This document shows positions 62,984-64,000 of a DNA stretch of 64,000 nucleotides, one piece after another (within the stretch, counting starts at the first letter, position 1; the number at the start of each line of letters is the position of its first letter). The notes under the pieces were generated by a model, which was given only the letters and a program-made list of their open reading frames with translations, was not told where the DNA came from and did no database searches. The translations under genes and the position numbers were made by a program. Source of the stretch: the human T2T-CHM13v2.0 reference genome, Homo sapiens; assembly GCF_009914755.1 (NCBI RefSeq), contig NC_060932.1. One strand, given 5' to 3'.

Positions 62984-62990
62984 TGAGGTA
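62984..62990 (-). promoter_or_regulatory. let-7 family 7mer-A1 seed site (UACCUCA) in CEBPD 3' UTR
   Basis: + strand tgaggta reads TACCTCA on the mRNA, about 38 nt after the stop. Confidence 0.65.
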
Positions 62991-63027
62991 TGGGTCGTTG
63001 CTGAGTCTCTCCCGCCCCGGCCGCGCG

Positions 63028-63837
63028 TTACCGGCAGTCTGCTGTCCCGGCGGCCGGCAGGAAGGGCGGGCTGGGCAGCTGCTTGAAGAACTGCCGGAGG
63101 CCGGCCAGGTCCCGCGTGAGCTGCTCCACGCGCTGGTGCAGCTTCTCGTTCTCAGCCGACAGCTCCACCAACTTCTGCTGCATCTCCTGGTTGCGCCGCT
63201 TGGCCTTGTCGCGGCTCTTGCGCACGGCGATGTTGTTGCGCTCGCGCCGCTGCCGGTACTCGGGGCTGCCGCGGTCCGGGCCCCTCTTGCCGGCGCTCTT
63301 CTCCCGGGCGGGGCCGGGCGCGGGGGTCTGCCTGGGGCTGCTGCGCGGCGGCTCCGGCGACGTGGGCGGGGTGGGCTGCCCTGCGGCCGCCAAGCTCACC
63401 ACGGTCTGTGCGCACGCGGCCACCTGCGCGGGCAACAGCGAGCCGGGCGCGTCGCCGTCGCCCCAGTCGGGCTCGCGCTTGAGCAGGCGGGGAGCGGCAG
63501 GGCCCGGGCCCAAGGGGCGCGCGGGGCCGCCGGGAAGAAGCTCCAGGGGCCCCGCGCCGCCCGCCTTGTGATTGCTGTTGAAGAGGTCGGCGAAGAGCTC
63601 GTCGTGGCACAGCTCCAGGGTGGGCACGGCGGCCATGGAGTCGATGTAGGCGCTGAAGTCGATGGCGCTCTCGTCGTCGTACATGGCGGGGGCGGCGGCG
63701 CCTGGCTCGCCTAGGGCCCCTGGCTCGGCCCCGCGGCCCGGCTTGCCCGCCCGGCCCGGTTCGTAGAAGGGCGCAGGCTCCGCAGGCCAGGGCGCGCCGC
63801 GCGCCGGGCCGTCCAGGCTGAAGAGCGCGGCGCTCAT
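63028..63837 (-). CDS. CEBPD: CCAAT/enhancer-binding protein delta, intronless, 269 aa bZIP transcription factor
   Basis: MSAALFSLDG... start in gccgccATG context; C/EBP activation boxes (DESAIDFSAYI, DELFADLF); SUMO motif LKREP (K120); TPPTS degron-type motif; basic region EYRQRRERNNIAVRKSRDKAK plus leucine zipper; TAA stop. Confidence 0.99.
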   Translation of the reverse strand: MSAALFSLDGPARGAPWPAEPAPFYEPGRAGKPGRGAEPGALGEPGAAAPAMYDDESAIDFSAYIDSMAAVPTLELCHDELFADLFNSNHKAGGAGPLELLPGGPARPLGPGPAAPRLLKREPDWGDGDAPGSLLPAQVAACAQTVVSLAAAGQPTPPTSPEPPRSSPRQTPAPGPAREKSAGKRGPDRGSPEYRQRRERNNIAVRKSRDKAKRRNQEMQQKLVELSAENEKLHQRVEQLTRDLAGLRQFFKQLPSPPFLPAAGTADCR

Positions 63838-63879
63838 GGCGGCGTCGGGCCGGGCTCTGCGTCCAAGCGAGGCTGTCAC

Positions 63880-64000
63880 CTCGCTGGGCCCAGCCCCGCC
63901 GCCTTTTCTAGCCCCGGCTGACGTGCACGCCCCGCCCCGACTCCGGCACCGCGGGGGCGCCCCGGGGCCGCGGGGGAAGGGGCGGGGGCGCCCTGGGAGC
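63880..64000 (-). promoter_or_regulatory. CEBPD: CEBPD proximal promoter: TATA-like TAGAAAA (63904-63910), CRE-like TGACGTGC (63919-63926), Sp/KLF GC boxes (63930-63938, 63979-63988)
   Basis: Motifs read directly; spacing puts the TSS near 63880, about 40-45 nt before the ATG. Confidence 0.85.

Larger units (their letters stand above)
62630..63027 (-). other. CEBPD: CEBPD 3' UTR with U/AU-rich distal half
   Basis: Lies between the stop at 63028 and AATAAA at 62647-62652 (-); U-rich tracts at ~62660-62840. End approximate. Confidence 0.85.
62470..64000. promoter_or_regulatory. CpG island covering CEBPD body and promoter (interrupted by the AT-rich UTR)
   Basis: Very high GC and CpG density at 62470-62630 and 62890-64000, against CpG depletion elsewhere. 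Confidence 0.9.

Noticed and set aside
62893-63714. 273-aa + strand ORF (also 63083..63571 + and 63152..63610 -) overlapping CEBPD
   Set aside because: Shadow ORFs of a very GC-rich CDS with few stops; non-ATG start for the longest; low-complexity Gly/Ala/Arg/Leu content with no recognisable domain.
63838-63879. 14-aa N-terminal extension of CEBPD shown in the ORF track (283 aa)
   Set aside because: Starts at a GTG lying essentially at the inferred TSS; the 269-aa protein begins at the Kozak ATG at 63837.

Overview
This is primate, almost certainly human, genomic DNA from the SPIDR/CEBPD locus (8q11.21, recognised from the encoded proteins). The + strand carries the last nine coding exons of SPIDR (KIAA0146). 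They splice via GT-AG junctions into one open frame of 353 codons plus stop, followed by a 3' UTR and poly(A) signal. The - strand carries the complete intronless CEBPD gene (269 aa) inside a CpG island, with its proximal promoter at the window end. The two genes are tail-to-tail, about 1 kb apart. The rest is intron, dense in Alu, old L1/L2/MIR, DNA-transposon fossils (Tigger4, Charlie1, MER58, MADE1) and simple repeats. Most ORFs in the supplied track are Alu or chance artefacts. I see no convincing new gene system. The best second-look items are a split Alu with two TSD pairs, an Alu-bounded ~310 bp duplication, a dense ETS motif cluster and an IRF/STAT element 3' of CEBPD, a 9-nt tandem splice acceptor, a MADE1 hairpin, a 43-bp minisatellite, and an RPA70C-like Zn-ribbon pattern in SPIDR. 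Repeat subfamily calls and boundaries are by eye and approximate.
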